64,000 bases of DNA from Octopus vulgaris (lineage: Eukaryota), in contig OX597828.1 of assembly GCA_951406725.2 (NCBI GenBank), forward strand, positions 72,478,001 to 72,542,000. Direction: 5' to 3'. The translations under genes and the position numbers were made by a program. The notes under the pieces were generated by a model. It ran no database searches. It was not told the DNA's origin and was given only the letters and a program-made list of their open reading frames with translations. This document shows positions 30,448 through 43,757 of the stretch, piece by piece; position 1 is the first letter of the stretch, and the number at the start of each line of letters is the position of its first letter.

Positions 30448-30815
30448 TGCATAAATGTATACATGCATACATACTCATAGATGTAAGCACATACGCACAC
30501 ACGCGTATATACATATATATACATACACACATACATACATCTGACATACACACATACATACATTTCACATACATGTATATGTATACACACATATATGTAT
30601 ACACACATATATACACACATACATAAAAAGTTATATTGCTTGCATTCAAAATGTCAGAATATCAATGTTTATTGTTTATTGTTTATTCCTTCATTCTAGT
30701 ATATACATATAAATATATTTGTAAGTATATGAACGTATGTATAACACCCCCCCCACACACACACACTCACACACACACACGCACACACAATTTGATTCTG
30801 CAGTGTTATCACAAA

Positions 30816-30955
30816 TGTCTGACGATCAATCACGTGAAACTCCGGGTGAGGTTTTGTGAAGGTTTCTTCAGCTTTACAAAAACAATATATTACTCTTCCT
30901 CTGGTATTCGAGTACTACTCTTTCTACCTTGCTTTGCACCTATCTGCATACTTAC
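30816..30955 (+). mobile_element. PLE-like remnant family Y with a decayed full hammerhead core
   Basis: tgt CTGACGA tcaatcacgt GAAA CTC cgggtg, followed by the family Y body. Confidence 0.5.
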
Positions 30956-30975
30956 GCATGTGTGTATACGTAAGT

Positions 30976-31094
<119 letters not shown>

Positions 31095-31108
31095 TATATA
31101 TAATATTA

Positions 31109-31227
<119 letters not shown>

Positions 31228-31262
31228 ATGTATATGCGTACATATGTATTCTATACACACAA

Positions 31263-31295
<33 letters not shown>

Positions 31296-31991
31296 CATAT
31301 GCACACACATGCACACACACATATATACATATATGCATATAAATATATATACATATATATATATACACACACATATATATAGGCATAAACATATATACAT
31401 ATAGAGGCATACACACACACTCACACTCACACACACATATATATCAACTACAATGAGTTAAGAGAAAATAGCAATAACCAAAATGAGCGAAAGGCTGTGA
31501 TGAATGCCGCGCATGACAGATTGCTCTTTATTAAAAGTAACCTTTTGATGATTGTTCCAAAGACTGAATAGGCAAGGGAGATAACTGAAAAACCATTAAA
31601 CACAAAACATTGTCTAAGTTCTTGCTTTGCAAAGATAAAAAAGAAAACAGTTTCATTTTCGTTTGGAAGCTGGATGAGTTACGGACACATGAGTTTCTGC
31701 CGCTATAAGCGTCATTAGCATAGCATTGGCCTTTGTAACTGAAATTAGACATGTGACATATACCATGGTCAAAAAGGTGACTGACTTATAAAGACGGCGG
31801 AGCGTTGTAGCCATGCAGTGTGAGATAAATTCCTAATGTTTAAGTAAATTTCTTACAGACTAAAACATGACAAAGCACATTTATATATACTCATACATTC
31901 TCACATGCATAGATGCACTTATATATATTTATATAGATGAGTACATACATACATGCATACAAGAACGTGCACACACATACAAACATATATG

Positions 31992-32054
<63 letters not shown>

Positions 32055-32543
32055 ATATATATAATATGCATTTTTATGTATATATTCGTGTGTATGTAAA
32101 GTGTGATTGGGAGAGAGAGCGAGAAAGAGAAAGAGAATGAGATAAAGATAGAGATAGATAGATAGGTAGAGAGAGAGAGAGATAGAGAGAGAAATGGAAA
32201 GGACAAAAGAGAGATGCTTGTGTGATAATTTGATCTATTATAGATAACTATCTGTAGAAGAAATATAATAAACTCCGGTAGGAATCGAATCTCAATTCTT
32301 TTATTGATCGGGGAAACATGTTAGAAATGGCACGACGGGATTGTCTCGGCTTTTGATTCGGATTTCAGTAGGTTGGTAGGATTTCACTGCAAATTTTATA
32401 TGGTTCACATAGCCCGACCTCATTAGAATACATATATACATATACATATACACACACACATATACACATACATACATACATGCATACATACATACATACA
32501 CACATACCTACATACATACATACATTCATATGCATATATTTAA

Positions 32544-32592
<49 letters not shown>

Positions 32593-32634
32593 CTTATATG
32601 TGTATATATGTATATATGTATATATATATATGTA

Positions 32635-32674
<40 letters not shown>

Positions 32675-32698
32675 TACATCTAGCTCTTTCTCTCTCTC

Positions 32699-32791
<93 letters not shown>

Positions 32792-32822
32792 ATACATACT
32801 TGCACATACATACATGCATGCG

Positions 32823-32876
<54 letters not shown>

Positions 32877-33292
32877 CACATATATATATATCTATATGCC
32901 AGTGTGTGTGGGTGTTTTATCGATTAAATATCTTGATCACATGATTAAAATCAGTTGTGGTGTCTGCCAGAAGAATCTCTTGGAAAAAATCTCATAGACG
33001 AATCAGCTTTCAATCGAAGCTGAAATTTCAGAAGCCTACACTCAGAATCTCTCGTTGGCGATCTTCGGACGATTGGGAAAAACAGGAACATGAAATTTAG
33101 TATTCAATGACCATGCATTAAACTATTTCGAGAACAAAGTAAAAGCTGATCACTTAATATGAAATTACTATATATATATATTACTTATATATATATATAT
33201 ACATATATTATATAAACATATATATATATAAGCGCAGGCATGGGCGTGTAGTAAGAGGCATGCTTCCCATCTACAGGGTTCCGGGTTGTATG

Positions 33293-33363
<71 letters not shown>

Positions 33364-33364
33364 A

Positions 33365-33820
33365 TAAATATTAGGGAATGAATCCAAAATTACAGGGATA
33401 AATCAGATTTTTGTTTTTTGTTTTTTTGTTTTTTGCTTGTTGTTTTTTGGTTTTTGTACATTTTTAAATATGAGAACTTTTATAATAGGTTTTTATATTC
33501 AATTGTTTATAGGGTTTATTTTAGATTATTTTAGATTATATATTGATTATATATAGATTATATATAGATTATATATAGATTATATTTTATTTTTTTATAT
33601 TCTTTCATTGATAATTTTATTATTTTATTATTTTAAATTATTTTAAATTATATTTTAAAATATTGATATTTTTAGATCGAAAATCCACCTGAAGATTGTC
33701 GGTAGCAGACATGAAACATTTGTAGTGGCGGTTTATTTAATTTATATTAAAATTTTATGTATTGATTAAGTCTTTCCTTGTTTGGTTTTAAAATAGTGGT
33801 TTTGTCTCGAATTATATTAT
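33365..33820 (+). mobile_element. PLE-like family X copy with hammerhead
   Basis: The left end is the inverted family X terminus (compare 690-730) and the right end matches 580-655. Flanked by (TA)n. Confidence 0.6.
33685..33728 (+). ncRNA. Minimal type I hammerhead ribozyme
   Basis: CCAC CTGAAGA t TGTC ggtagca GACA t GAAA CA tt TG TA GTGG. The core is intact, stem I is 4 bp and stem II is 4 bp. The GUA cleavage site falls after 33724. Confidence 0.75.
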
Positions 33821-33838
33821 ATATATATATATATATAA

Positions 33839-34416
33839 AATTGAGGGTAAAATTAATTAATTATTAATCAATTTCACCAAGTGTTCAGTATGCAAAGGGA
33901 CCATTTAAGGCGAATTCAAATTATTACATTATATAAAAGGGCTTAGTAAAATAAATTACTTCGCCGCATACTGAACTCATTAGAAATAGCAGCTAAAAAC
34001 TTTTTAAAGCTATTTCTAATACTTAAAGAAATCTCTCTCATATATAGCGTTTGCTTAATTCAACTCACAAAAGTTTGGGGTAAGGACATTAAAAATCAAA
34101 TGCTAAGGTTATTTGAGTACGTACGTTTCAAGATTAGTCAAAGCAACATTTCTCTCTTCAGCTCATAAATTCCTTGGTTTGGATTTGGAAACACTGAAAG
34201 TAAGAACTTACCCTTTCGAAGATCCGCTCTCAACTACCAGTGCCAACGAATCCAAATAAGCAAGTGAATCATTTCTGCTCTCCCTTTCCACCAGCATGGG
34301 TTAAAATCATCAAACGCTATGCTTATTTCGGTAAAATCCGAAGCATTAATTAGAGGGAGATTAATTATAATTTCAACAATTGAGGGTAAAATTAATTAAT
34401 TATTAATCAATTTCAC
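33839..34416 (-). mobile_element. 539-bp non-coding retrozyme-like unit with 39-bp terminal direct repeat
   Basis: aattgagggtaaaattaattaattattaatcaatttcac occurs at 33839-33877 and 34378-34416. The unit has an internal hammerhead, no ORF in the track, and (TA)n flanks. Confidence 0.7.
34114..34165 (-). ncRNA. Minimal type I hammerhead ribozyme
   Basis: Minus strand: TGAG CTGAAGA GAGA aatgttgctttgactaa TCTT GAAA CGTACG TA CTCA. Intact core, palindromic stem III, GUA site. Confidence 0.8.
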
Positions 34417-34421
34417 ATATA

Positions 34422-34469
<48 letters not shown>

Positions 34470-34474
<5 letters not shown>

Positions 34475-34680
34475 CACGTTGCTCCAGTCCACTCAGCTGG
34501 CAAAAATGAGTTGTACTTGTATTTCAAAGGGTCAGCCTTGTCACTCTCTGTGTCACGCTGATTATCCCCGAGAACTACGTTAAGGGTACACGTGTCTGTG
34601 GAATGCACGTTAATTTCATGAGCAAGCTGTTCCGTTGATCGTATCAGCTGGGACCCTCGTCGTCGTAACCGGCGGAGTCT
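34470..34680 (+). mobile_element. SINE family C (Meta-like), 5' truncated
   Basis: Matches 38943-39168. Confidence 0.8.
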
Positions 34681-35387
34681 TTATATATATATATATATAT
34701 ATCTGTTTGTGCCTTTGTGTCTGTTTATCACCTCATCACCGCTTGACAACTGGTGTTCGTGTGTTTACGTCCCCATCACCTGGTGGCTCGGCAAAAATAT
34801 GATCTGGGGTCGATTTGTTCAACTAAAACCCTTCAAAGTCGTGCTTCAGCATGGCCGCAGTCAAATGACTGAAACAAGTAAAAGAATAAAAGAATATATA
34901 TATATAAATATACACACACATACTTATATACATACATATACATACATGATGATGATGATTGCCGACGTTCAGGAACATTGTGCGCTCTATGACTAACTTA
35001 TACATGCATACATACATACATACATACATACATACATACATACATACATACATACATACATACATACATAGCATATAGACATCGTTACAATCCATGCTGT
35101 ATCGTCTTGGACACATCAGTTTCTTCAGTTCTCAAAAATTGTATGTAGTTGTTATATTTGGGTGAGTTGAAAATACTAGGAAATATTTTTTGCAGGTTAA
35201 TTACATGTTAAAACAGGAGATTAGAAAAAAAAATGGTTTTATTTATTCACCATTACACGTGTTTCGTTTACTAATAGGACTCACAAAATTATGTGATTCT
35301 CTGTCTGAAGCATTTCTAGTAAAATATATCTTACATGTTTTTTCTACATTACAATTTTGTAAATTCTAGTAGCAAATGAACCACGTA

Positions 35388-35770
35388 GGTGCAGGAGTGG
35401 CTGTGTGGTAAGTAACTTGCTTACCAACCACATGGTTCCGGGTTCAGTACCACTGCGTGGCACCTTGGGAAAGTGTCTTCTACTGTAGCTTCGGGCCGAC
35501 CAAAGCCTTGTGAGTGGATCTGGTAGACGGAAATAGAAAGAAGCCCGTCGTATATATGTATATATGTGTGTGTGTGTGTGTGTGGATACATATGCTTATG
35601 TGTCTGTGTTTGTCCCCCACCACCATCGCTTGACAACCGATACTGGCGTGTTTACGTCCCCGTAACTTCGCGGTTCGGCTAAGTAACCGATAGGATAAGT
35701 ACTAAGCTTACAAAGAATGGGGTCGATTTGTTCGACTAAAAGCGGTGCTTTAGCATGGCCGCATTCAAAT
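35388..35770 (+). mobile_element. SINE family A, near full length
   Basis: Has A/B boxes, the CORE-like block and the 3' body. A further 3' fragment lies at ~34704-34894. Confidence 0.9.
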
Positions 35771-35788
35771 GATATACATATTGCATCA

Positions 35789-35840
<52 letters not shown>

Positions 35841-35843
<3 letters not shown>

Positions 35844-36225
35844 TTATATATAAAATCCGTTCTGTCTGTCTGTGTGTCTTCTAGGATCTCGGGCATCCTC
35901 CATCCGATTGCGCTCAAATTTGTATATGTAGATACCGACGGTATTAGAGCGTGTATAAGTCTTGAAAAAATTACAAAAATCGATTCCAGGTGAGAATGCG
36001 ATCGATAAAGCCGTGGGAACGTACATTTGTACGCGCAAGTACATCAGCTGTTGCGATCGATACTACGTGTACGCGAGAAATATGCAGGTGCAGTTTGCGC
36101 AAAGAAAGCAAGCTGGCTTGAAATAATGCCACAAAATGGGACGGTCGGACAAGTTGCTTTGAGAAAATTTAGTTTAAATGTTTGACAGCTCAGCACCGTC
36201 CATTGGACGGGGGGCGTTTTGCTCG
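35841..36225 (+). mobile_element. Non-autonomous Helitron (second family)
   Basis: Starts TATTTATATATAAAA..(CTGT)n. The 3' hairpin CCGTCC-ATT-GGACGG lies 11 nt before a CTCG|T terminus. Confidence 0.7.
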
Positions 36226-36736
36226 TATAAATATATATAAATTTAAGCTGGCATATATAAAATTTTTATATACGTTTATATGAACGTACGTATATTTTAT
36301 GTATATAGGTATGTTGGTATGTATATATGTGCATCATCAATCACATATATGATTTGATATTTCTATGTATTTAAAAACAGTAATAGTTCAAGTGAAATGT
36401 TTCGTGACGATAATATTTCTTCTTCGAGTGGAGTTAAAATAATCTGAAATTAGTGTCCAATTTTTCCAACTTTTGTACAGTTTGGGGTTTAGAGCAGCCA
36501 TTTAGAAGCATATAATTTCAGAATAATTACTTCAGAGCATGCCCGCAGAAGCCGGTTATTTCTGAATGCTTATTCTATCCATTGTCATTCTGAAATAATA
36601 CCAATAATTTTTTGAACAGAGCTTTTATACTCACGTAATTGTCAGCATATTAGCTTATGCATACAAGCATGCGTACATACACACGTTTTTGTATACCTAC
36701 ATATATACATACATGCATTCATTCATACAATTACGT

Positions 36737-36787
<51 letters not shown>

Positions 36788-36912
36788 CATACGTATACAC
36801 ACACGCATATATATATATATACACACACATTATACATACATATATTACAATTATACAAACATATATGCACAAATACATGCATACATACATACATATATAT
36901 ATATATATACAT

Positions 36913-36946
<34 letters not shown>

Positions 36947-36947
<1 letters not shown>

Positions 36948-37360
36948 AGTGGCTGTGTGGTAAGTAGCTTGCTTACCAACCACACAGTTCCGGGTTCAGT
37001 CCCACTGCGTGGCACCTTGGGCAAGTGTCTTCTACTATAGCCTCGGGCCGACCAAAGCCTTGTGAGTGGATTTGGTAGACGGAAACTGAAAGAAGCCCGT
37101 CGTATATATATATATGTATATATATGTGTGTGTGTGTGTGTGTTTGTGTGTCTGTGTTTGTGTCACCAACATCACTTGACAACCGATGCTGGTGTGTTTA
37201 CGTCCCCGTTACTTAGCGGTTCGGCAAAAGAGACCGATAGGATAAGTACTGGGCTTACAAAAGAATAAGACCCGGGGTCGATTTGCTCGACTGAGGGCGG
37301 TGCTCCAGCATGGCCGCAGTCAAATGACTGAAACAAGTAAAAGAGTAAAAGAGTAAAGAG
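36947..37360 (+). mobile_element. SINE family A, young near full-length copy
   Basis: Nearly identical to 1322-1731 and 60468-60856, with a (GAGTAAAA)n tail. Confidence 0.92.
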
Positions 37361-37384
37361 TATATAAATATATATACATACACA

Positions 37385-37425
<41 letters not shown>

Positions 37426-37893
37426 GCATAATTACATAAACGAATATATATTTCTTTTTCATATCAGCTAAAACTGAATCCAAACAGATTGACGACTGGC
37501 TCCCATTATTTCGTCCTGAGCCCTGTTTAAAACACGACCAATCATCTTTCACTGTTTCAAGATTTTAGGGTTATCTCTAAATATTCTATAGAACGTATAA
37601 CCAGCACAGTTTGTAAAGTACACATTATAAGACCCATAGAAGCTTTAAGCACTTAAAAGATTTTGGTGCCCAAATATAGATCTAATTCAAAATATAAACA
37701 ATAAAATGAATTTTGTTTCAAAACTAACATTACGATGGAAAATCATGTTTATTTTTGTATAATTCCGCTTTATTTCTATTTGGAAAATTTTCTTCCACCT
37801 TTTTTTAACAGTAAAGCCTTTGATAATAATTATTATCACACCATGGTATTATATTTCGATCATATCAACCATTTTGATCATATAAACCACTTA

Positions 37894-38237
37894 GGAGGCG
37901 CAATGGCCCAGTGGTTAGGGCAGCGGACTCGCGGTCGTAGGATCGCGGTTTCGATTCCCAGACCGGGCGTTGTGAGTGTTTATTGAGCGAAAACACCTAA
38001 AGCTCCACGAGGCTCCGGCAGGGATGGTGGTGATCCCTGCTGTACTCTTTCACCACAACTTTCTCTCACTCTTACTTCCTGTTTCTGTTGTACCTGTATT
38101 TCAAAGGGCTGGCCTTGTCACTCTGTGTCACGCTGAATATCCCCGAGAACTACGTTAAGGGTACACATGTCTGTGGAGTGCTCAGCCACTCACACGTTAA
38201 TTTCATGAGCAGGCTGTTCCGACGGAGTGCTTCCACC
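37894..38237 (+). mobile_element. tRNA-derived SINE (alternative head, family C tail) with 12-bp TSD
   Basis: A-box TGGCCCAGTGG and B-box GGTTTCGATTCC. The TSD ataaaccactta is at 37882-37893 and 38238-38249. Confidence 0.88.
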
Positions 38238-38844
38238 ATAAACCACTTACCATTTTTGTGGTGCCCTCCTTCTCTTGATGTCCTAAGCACGTACTTATTT
38301 AGCTTAATGGTTAATTCAGCGCTGTTCATCTGGTTTGTTGCAGATATTCTTAGTTCTATAATTTTGTTGGTATTTATCCATGTCTTACAGGCATAATTCC
38401 TTGTTGCTATGACGGTGGACGGGTACAGGTGGAATTTGTGCCTTGATAGAAAACTAAGACCAAACGTAATTTAGGCGTTGGAAGATAGTCACAGTTTTGT
38501 AGGTTCTCTTCACATTAAATTCAGTTTTGCTACCCGCACTGATGTTACTTTTGAAATACCAGGAGTCAACGATTTCCAAGCTTTGGTCCTTCAGCACGAC
38601 TGGCTGTTGCTAGACTTTTCGAAACCCTCACCAAAAAAAAAAAAAACCCAACAAAAAACAAAAACAAAAACAAAAAAGGGAAATACTGAGTCGGTAAAGT
38701 AAGATACACACGGACACATATATACACATATTAGTAGAAATATTAAATATATAACACATACATAGATATGTGTGTGTGTTTGTGTGTACGTATATACGTA
38801 CATAAAAAACTCATACACACACATATATGTATGTATGCATATGT

Positions 38845-39170
38845 GGAGGCGCGTGGCTTAGTGGTTAGAGTATTCGGCTCACGATTGTAAGGTTGTGAGT
38901 TCAATTCCCGGCAACGCGTTTTGTCCTTGAGCAAGACACTTTATTTCACGTTGGTCCAGTCCACTCATCTGGCAAAAATGAGTTGTAACTGTATTTCAAA
39001 GGGGCCAGTCTTGTCGCACTCTGTGTCACGCTGAATATCCCCTGAGAACTAAGTTAAGGGTACACGTGTCTGTGGAGTGCTCAGCCACTTGCACGTTAAT
39101 TTCAGGAGCAATCGTTACCGTTGATCGTATCAGTTTGAGACCGTCGTCGTCGTAACCGTCGGAGTGCTCC
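38845..39170 (+). mobile_element. SINE family C (Meta-domain-like), full length
   Basis: A-box TGGCTTAGTGG, B-box GAGTTCAATTCC, and a GTCCTTGAGCAAGACACTTT...CCAGTCCACTCA block. Confidence 0.85.
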
Positions 39171-39210
39171 CTCTCATGTAAGCATATATATGTATATATA
39201 TATATATATA

Positions 39211-39520
<310 letters not shown>

Positions 39521-39542
39521 TCGATATATATATATAATTATA

Positions 39543-39643
<101 letters not shown>

Positions 39644-39661
39644 GTATATATATTTGTGTAT

Positions 39662-39694
<33 letters not shown>

Positions 39695-39696
<2 letters not shown>

Positions 39697-40089
39697 AAAA
39701 TAAGTAACAACGATATCCAAGGCAGTGTAGTACAATCGTTTCATGCTACTTCATTTAATTAAACAATGCAAGTATTACATCAGTTTTAAAATGTAGAACA
39801 ATCTTCAGCTGCATATGTAATTTTTTTAGTTAAATTGACAAGAAACATTTTTATACTTATTCTATTTGCCAACATTACAAAGAGGGTAGGTATATAGACA
39901 GAGAGGTAAATCCCATCATCAGAAACATGAAGTAGCATGAAACGATCGTACTGCACTATCTTTGGATATCCTTGTTGCTTATTTTGATTATAATCACCCC
40001 ATTTGATTTATATGGATAATACCATACCAAATTCTGGTGCCTTTAACTTAAGTACCATATTCATCTGAATCTAAAGTCTGTTGAACTTA

Positions 40090-40095
<6 letters not shown>
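39695..40095. mobile_element. PLE-like fold-back (family Z) with a full hammerhead on the minus strand (39726-39813) and a half copy on the plus strand (39927-39955)
   Basis: 39695-39755 and 39927-39990 are inverted. Minus strand: TGCAG CTGAAGA ttgttctac..gtagcat GAAA CGATTG TA ctaca. Plus strand: gtagcat GAAA CGATCG TA CTGCA. The tail motifs (taatcacccca, ttctggtgc, ttaagtaccatattcat) recur at 6360-6460. Confidence 0.65.
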
Positions 40096-40149
<54 letters not shown>

Positions 40150-40347
40150 GTATAGAGTAAAATAAAGAATCATTGAAATGTGTAGGTACTTTATTTTATG
40201 GGGCTTTATTTTACAAACCCACGAAGGAATGAAAGATTAAGTTTTTCATTGAAGGGAGTTCAGCTTGGAACATTTGGGTTTGCAGCAAAATACCACAAGA
40301 CATTTCTCGTTGTCGCTGTCCCATTTCCCGTTTCCTTGCATCCTCTC

Positions 40348-40565
40348 GCGGCGAACTGGCAGAATCGTTAGCATGCCGGTCAAAATGCTTGACAGTATTT
40401 CGTCCGTCTTTACATTCTGAGTTCAAATTCCGCCGAGTCCGACTTCGCCTTTCATTCCTTAGGAGTCAATAACAATAAGTACCAGTTGAACACTGGGGTC
40501 GATGTAATCGATTTAGCCCCTCCCCCACCCAGTCTTGCTGGCCTTGTGCTAAAATTTGAAAGCCA
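40348..40565 (+). mobile_element. SINE family B
   Basis: Has the head, B-box and Deu/Nin-like block. Another fragment lies at ~41805-41940. Confidence 0.85.
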
Positions 40566-40739
40566 AATTATTTCCTATCGCCATTTTGTTGCATGAATAA
40601 ATGTTAGATTCTAAATGTAAATTACCCCATCAAGTATTGACACAATAGTTAATTTGTTCGATACACACTCACTTTCACATATACACACATACACTCATGA
40701 AGACCCCGTAGTGTTAATGTAATTTCTGAACACACACAG

Positions 40740-40798
<59 letters not shown>

Positions 40799-42354
40799 TA
40801 TAGTAACTATTATTTCATTCGTCAGAATTCAATTAATAATGTTTTTTTCCTCCTGTACACATCATACTGTCCTCAAATATCAAAGGAAATGTTTTTACTT
40901 CTAATGGTTTCTAAACCGGCAATTACTTCCAACAGTTTCTCTTAAAAAAAAAACTGATATGTTTGCCTGTCTGTCTGACCACCTGTCTGTCTGTCTGTCT
41001 GTTTATGTCTCTTTCCTTCTAGCACACACATGCATACACATACATACATATACACGCGTACATTCACCAGCATCTCACAGATACCTCTCGCATACAAGAG
41101 CTTGTGCATGGTCGTTCAGCCTACAAGAAATAACAGTGAAATCACTGTCTTAGAAGAGGATTCATCAGAAAATGTAGTACCAGGACCATTGTACATAGAA
41201 AACAGGCAAGTTCATATAAAAACTCTGTAGTTATAATGGTCAAAGTGCGACAAAAGCATCTACTCAGTAGTAAGCTAAATTTCGTATTCACTGTTAGTTC
41301 TAATACAATTTGTTAAACACAGTAAAATCTATAATTAGATTCTACATTTTGCTCACAAATATGTCTCCACATACTACTGTTTACACTACTATCACAATAG
41401 TAAAATGGTACATTTTCATTCCTCATTATATAAGCAGTTTAATTATAGATTCATCAATTTTCGTGTAAAGGACAAAAGCATGTTAACATTATGTCAAAGT
41501 TTTTACTCCTTCAAATAGTCGTGATTGAATTATTTAAAACCTTATTTTGTTATATATTTAATACTTCATATTTGTTTTACATATATATAGACAGCCTGTT
41601 TCTGAATTTTGTGTATCATCAGTATTAAGTAATAAATCAATACAATGTAAATTAAATAATTATATTATATTCAAACAGTGTATTCAAATAATTGTTGTCT
41701 TTTCTGATCAGAAAGAAAGAAAAGGTAAGTGTAAAACAACGAGATAGTGCCAAATATTTTTTGAGACGGAAATGATACTGAACGTACGGAAGACATTCTG
41801 TTTATCTGCCGGGGTCGACTTTGCCTTTCATCCTGTCGGGAACGATAAAATAAATACCAGTTGAGCACTGGCGTCGATGTAATCGTCTTACTCCTTCCAC
41901 AAAAATTGCTGGCCTTGTGTAAAAATTTGAAACCAGTATTTAAAGCTAGGAGTAAAAGAAAAAGGCAAAACATATTAGCCCAGTAAAGAAAATAGAATCA
42001 TTCATGGCGGTCAACTGTGTAAGGCAGTCAAATATAATCTTCTTAAAGAGGTAACGTATTTCTAATGTAGGATAAAATTTGTCCTGCAGTATAAGCACGC
42101 ACGTATTGTTCACAAACCTTATTTTAAATATTTGGCATGAGAGCTCGATCACTGCTGATGGATGTTGTTGAAAGACGAATGCTGCTTGATAAAAATCTAA
42201 AACTGCTTCTATAACAAACAATATTGTTATCTGCGGTTTGTCTCTATTGTCCCACATAATCTCTGCTTGATTTGATAATGATGTATTCAACATGAATCCC
42301 TGGCGTCTGCTGTTGGGCTGCTATCAACAACATATCTTTTGTCTTCTTTCTTTG

Positions 42355-42772
42355 CATTGTTTTCATCATTGGACTACGGCCATCATGGGGCACTGCATTG
42401 AAGGGTTTATATTATTTTAATTCTGGTACTCATCTTACCGGCTGCTACATTATGGGAACGCAAACAAACCGACACCTCGGGACAGATAAAAGCATGAAGA
42501 CACACACACACATATCTATATATATGTATATACTTAAATACATATATACATACGTATACACACACACACACAAACACATACACGCATACACGCACACTCA
42601 CGCATAAACACACGTACGCACACACATTCATGAAAACGAGCGTCTTTCAGCTTTCTTCTTCCAAATCCACTCACAAGGATTTAGTCGGCTGAAAGCTAAA
42701 GAAGAAAGCACTTGCCCAGCGTGTCACGCAGTGGGACTGAACCCGGAACCATGTCGTACCACGCAGCCACAC
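42355..42772 (-). mobile_element. SINE family A, diverged
   Basis: Collinear with family A. Confidence 0.7.
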
Positions 42773-43224
42773 TTGTGAAGAGTAAATAAATACCAACATA
42801 AAATCCGTTTAGTTATATATGTTTCCTATTATTTCGGATCATATCTGAGTTATCATTTCATGCGTCGGGAGTAACGCTTTACAAAAATTGTCATATTTTT
42901 CGTTCATCAAGCTAAAAATAAATGTGTATGCGAGGAGGAACTGAAAATAAAGGTCTATGTTTGTATAAACGGGGGGAAAAAACAATCAACGAAATCAGGT
43001 AGAAAACAAATGGAGGATTAAAGGTAAGCATCCTTTTAAAGTTTATCAACTTAGATAAACACATTTTGTGACCGCGATTCATTTGTGTTGACTTCGACTA
43101 AAAAGGAACGTTTTACAGGTTACATCTCCACACCAGATTCCTTAGATTATCAATATACTCTTACACATACATACATATATATATACATACATATATATAT
43201 ATATATATACATACGTATATATAC

Positions 43225-43267
<43 letters not shown>

Positions 43268-43539
43268 TACACACCTTTATACACATATGTGTGAGTGTAT
43301 GAGTGAGCTTGTGTGTTCATGTATATATATATATGCATATATACATATATGCATGTGTCTGTCTGTCTGTCTGAATATATGTGTATATATATATACATAT
43401 ATATATATGTGTGTGTGCGTACGTGTGTTTATGCGTGAGTGTGCGTGTATGCGTGTGTGTGTTTGTGTGTGTGTGTTTGTATATATATATATATATATAT
43501 ATATATACGCACATACACGCACACTCACGCATACACACG

Positions 43540-43575
<36 letters not shown>

Positions 43576-43757
43576 TTCAGACAGACAGACAGACACATGC
43601 ATATATGTATATATGCATATATATATATACATGAACACACAAGCTCACTCATACACTCACACATATGTGTATAAAGGTGTGTATATATATATATGTATAT
43701 ATATATACACATGTAAATACACACATACATGTATGTATACACACTTATACATGCATA

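Noticed and set aside
35250-35335. GAAA CACGTG TA half-core with tttacta/tagtaaa stem (minus strand)
   Set aside because: No recognisable CUGANGA.
37894-37970. tRNA gene candidate (also 38845-38915)
   Set aside because: No proper cloverleaf acceptor stem. It continues into a SINE body, with a TSD for the 37894 copy.
41081-41205. Possible plus-strand exon (cag acceptor, GCAAGT donor)
   Set aside because: No recognisable protein and a non-canonical donor. Unsupported.
41587-41625. Hammerhead-like CTGATGA...GAAA CAGGCTG TC (minus strand)
   Set aside because: The core and stem III are present, but stem II does not pair and stem I is 3 AT pairs.
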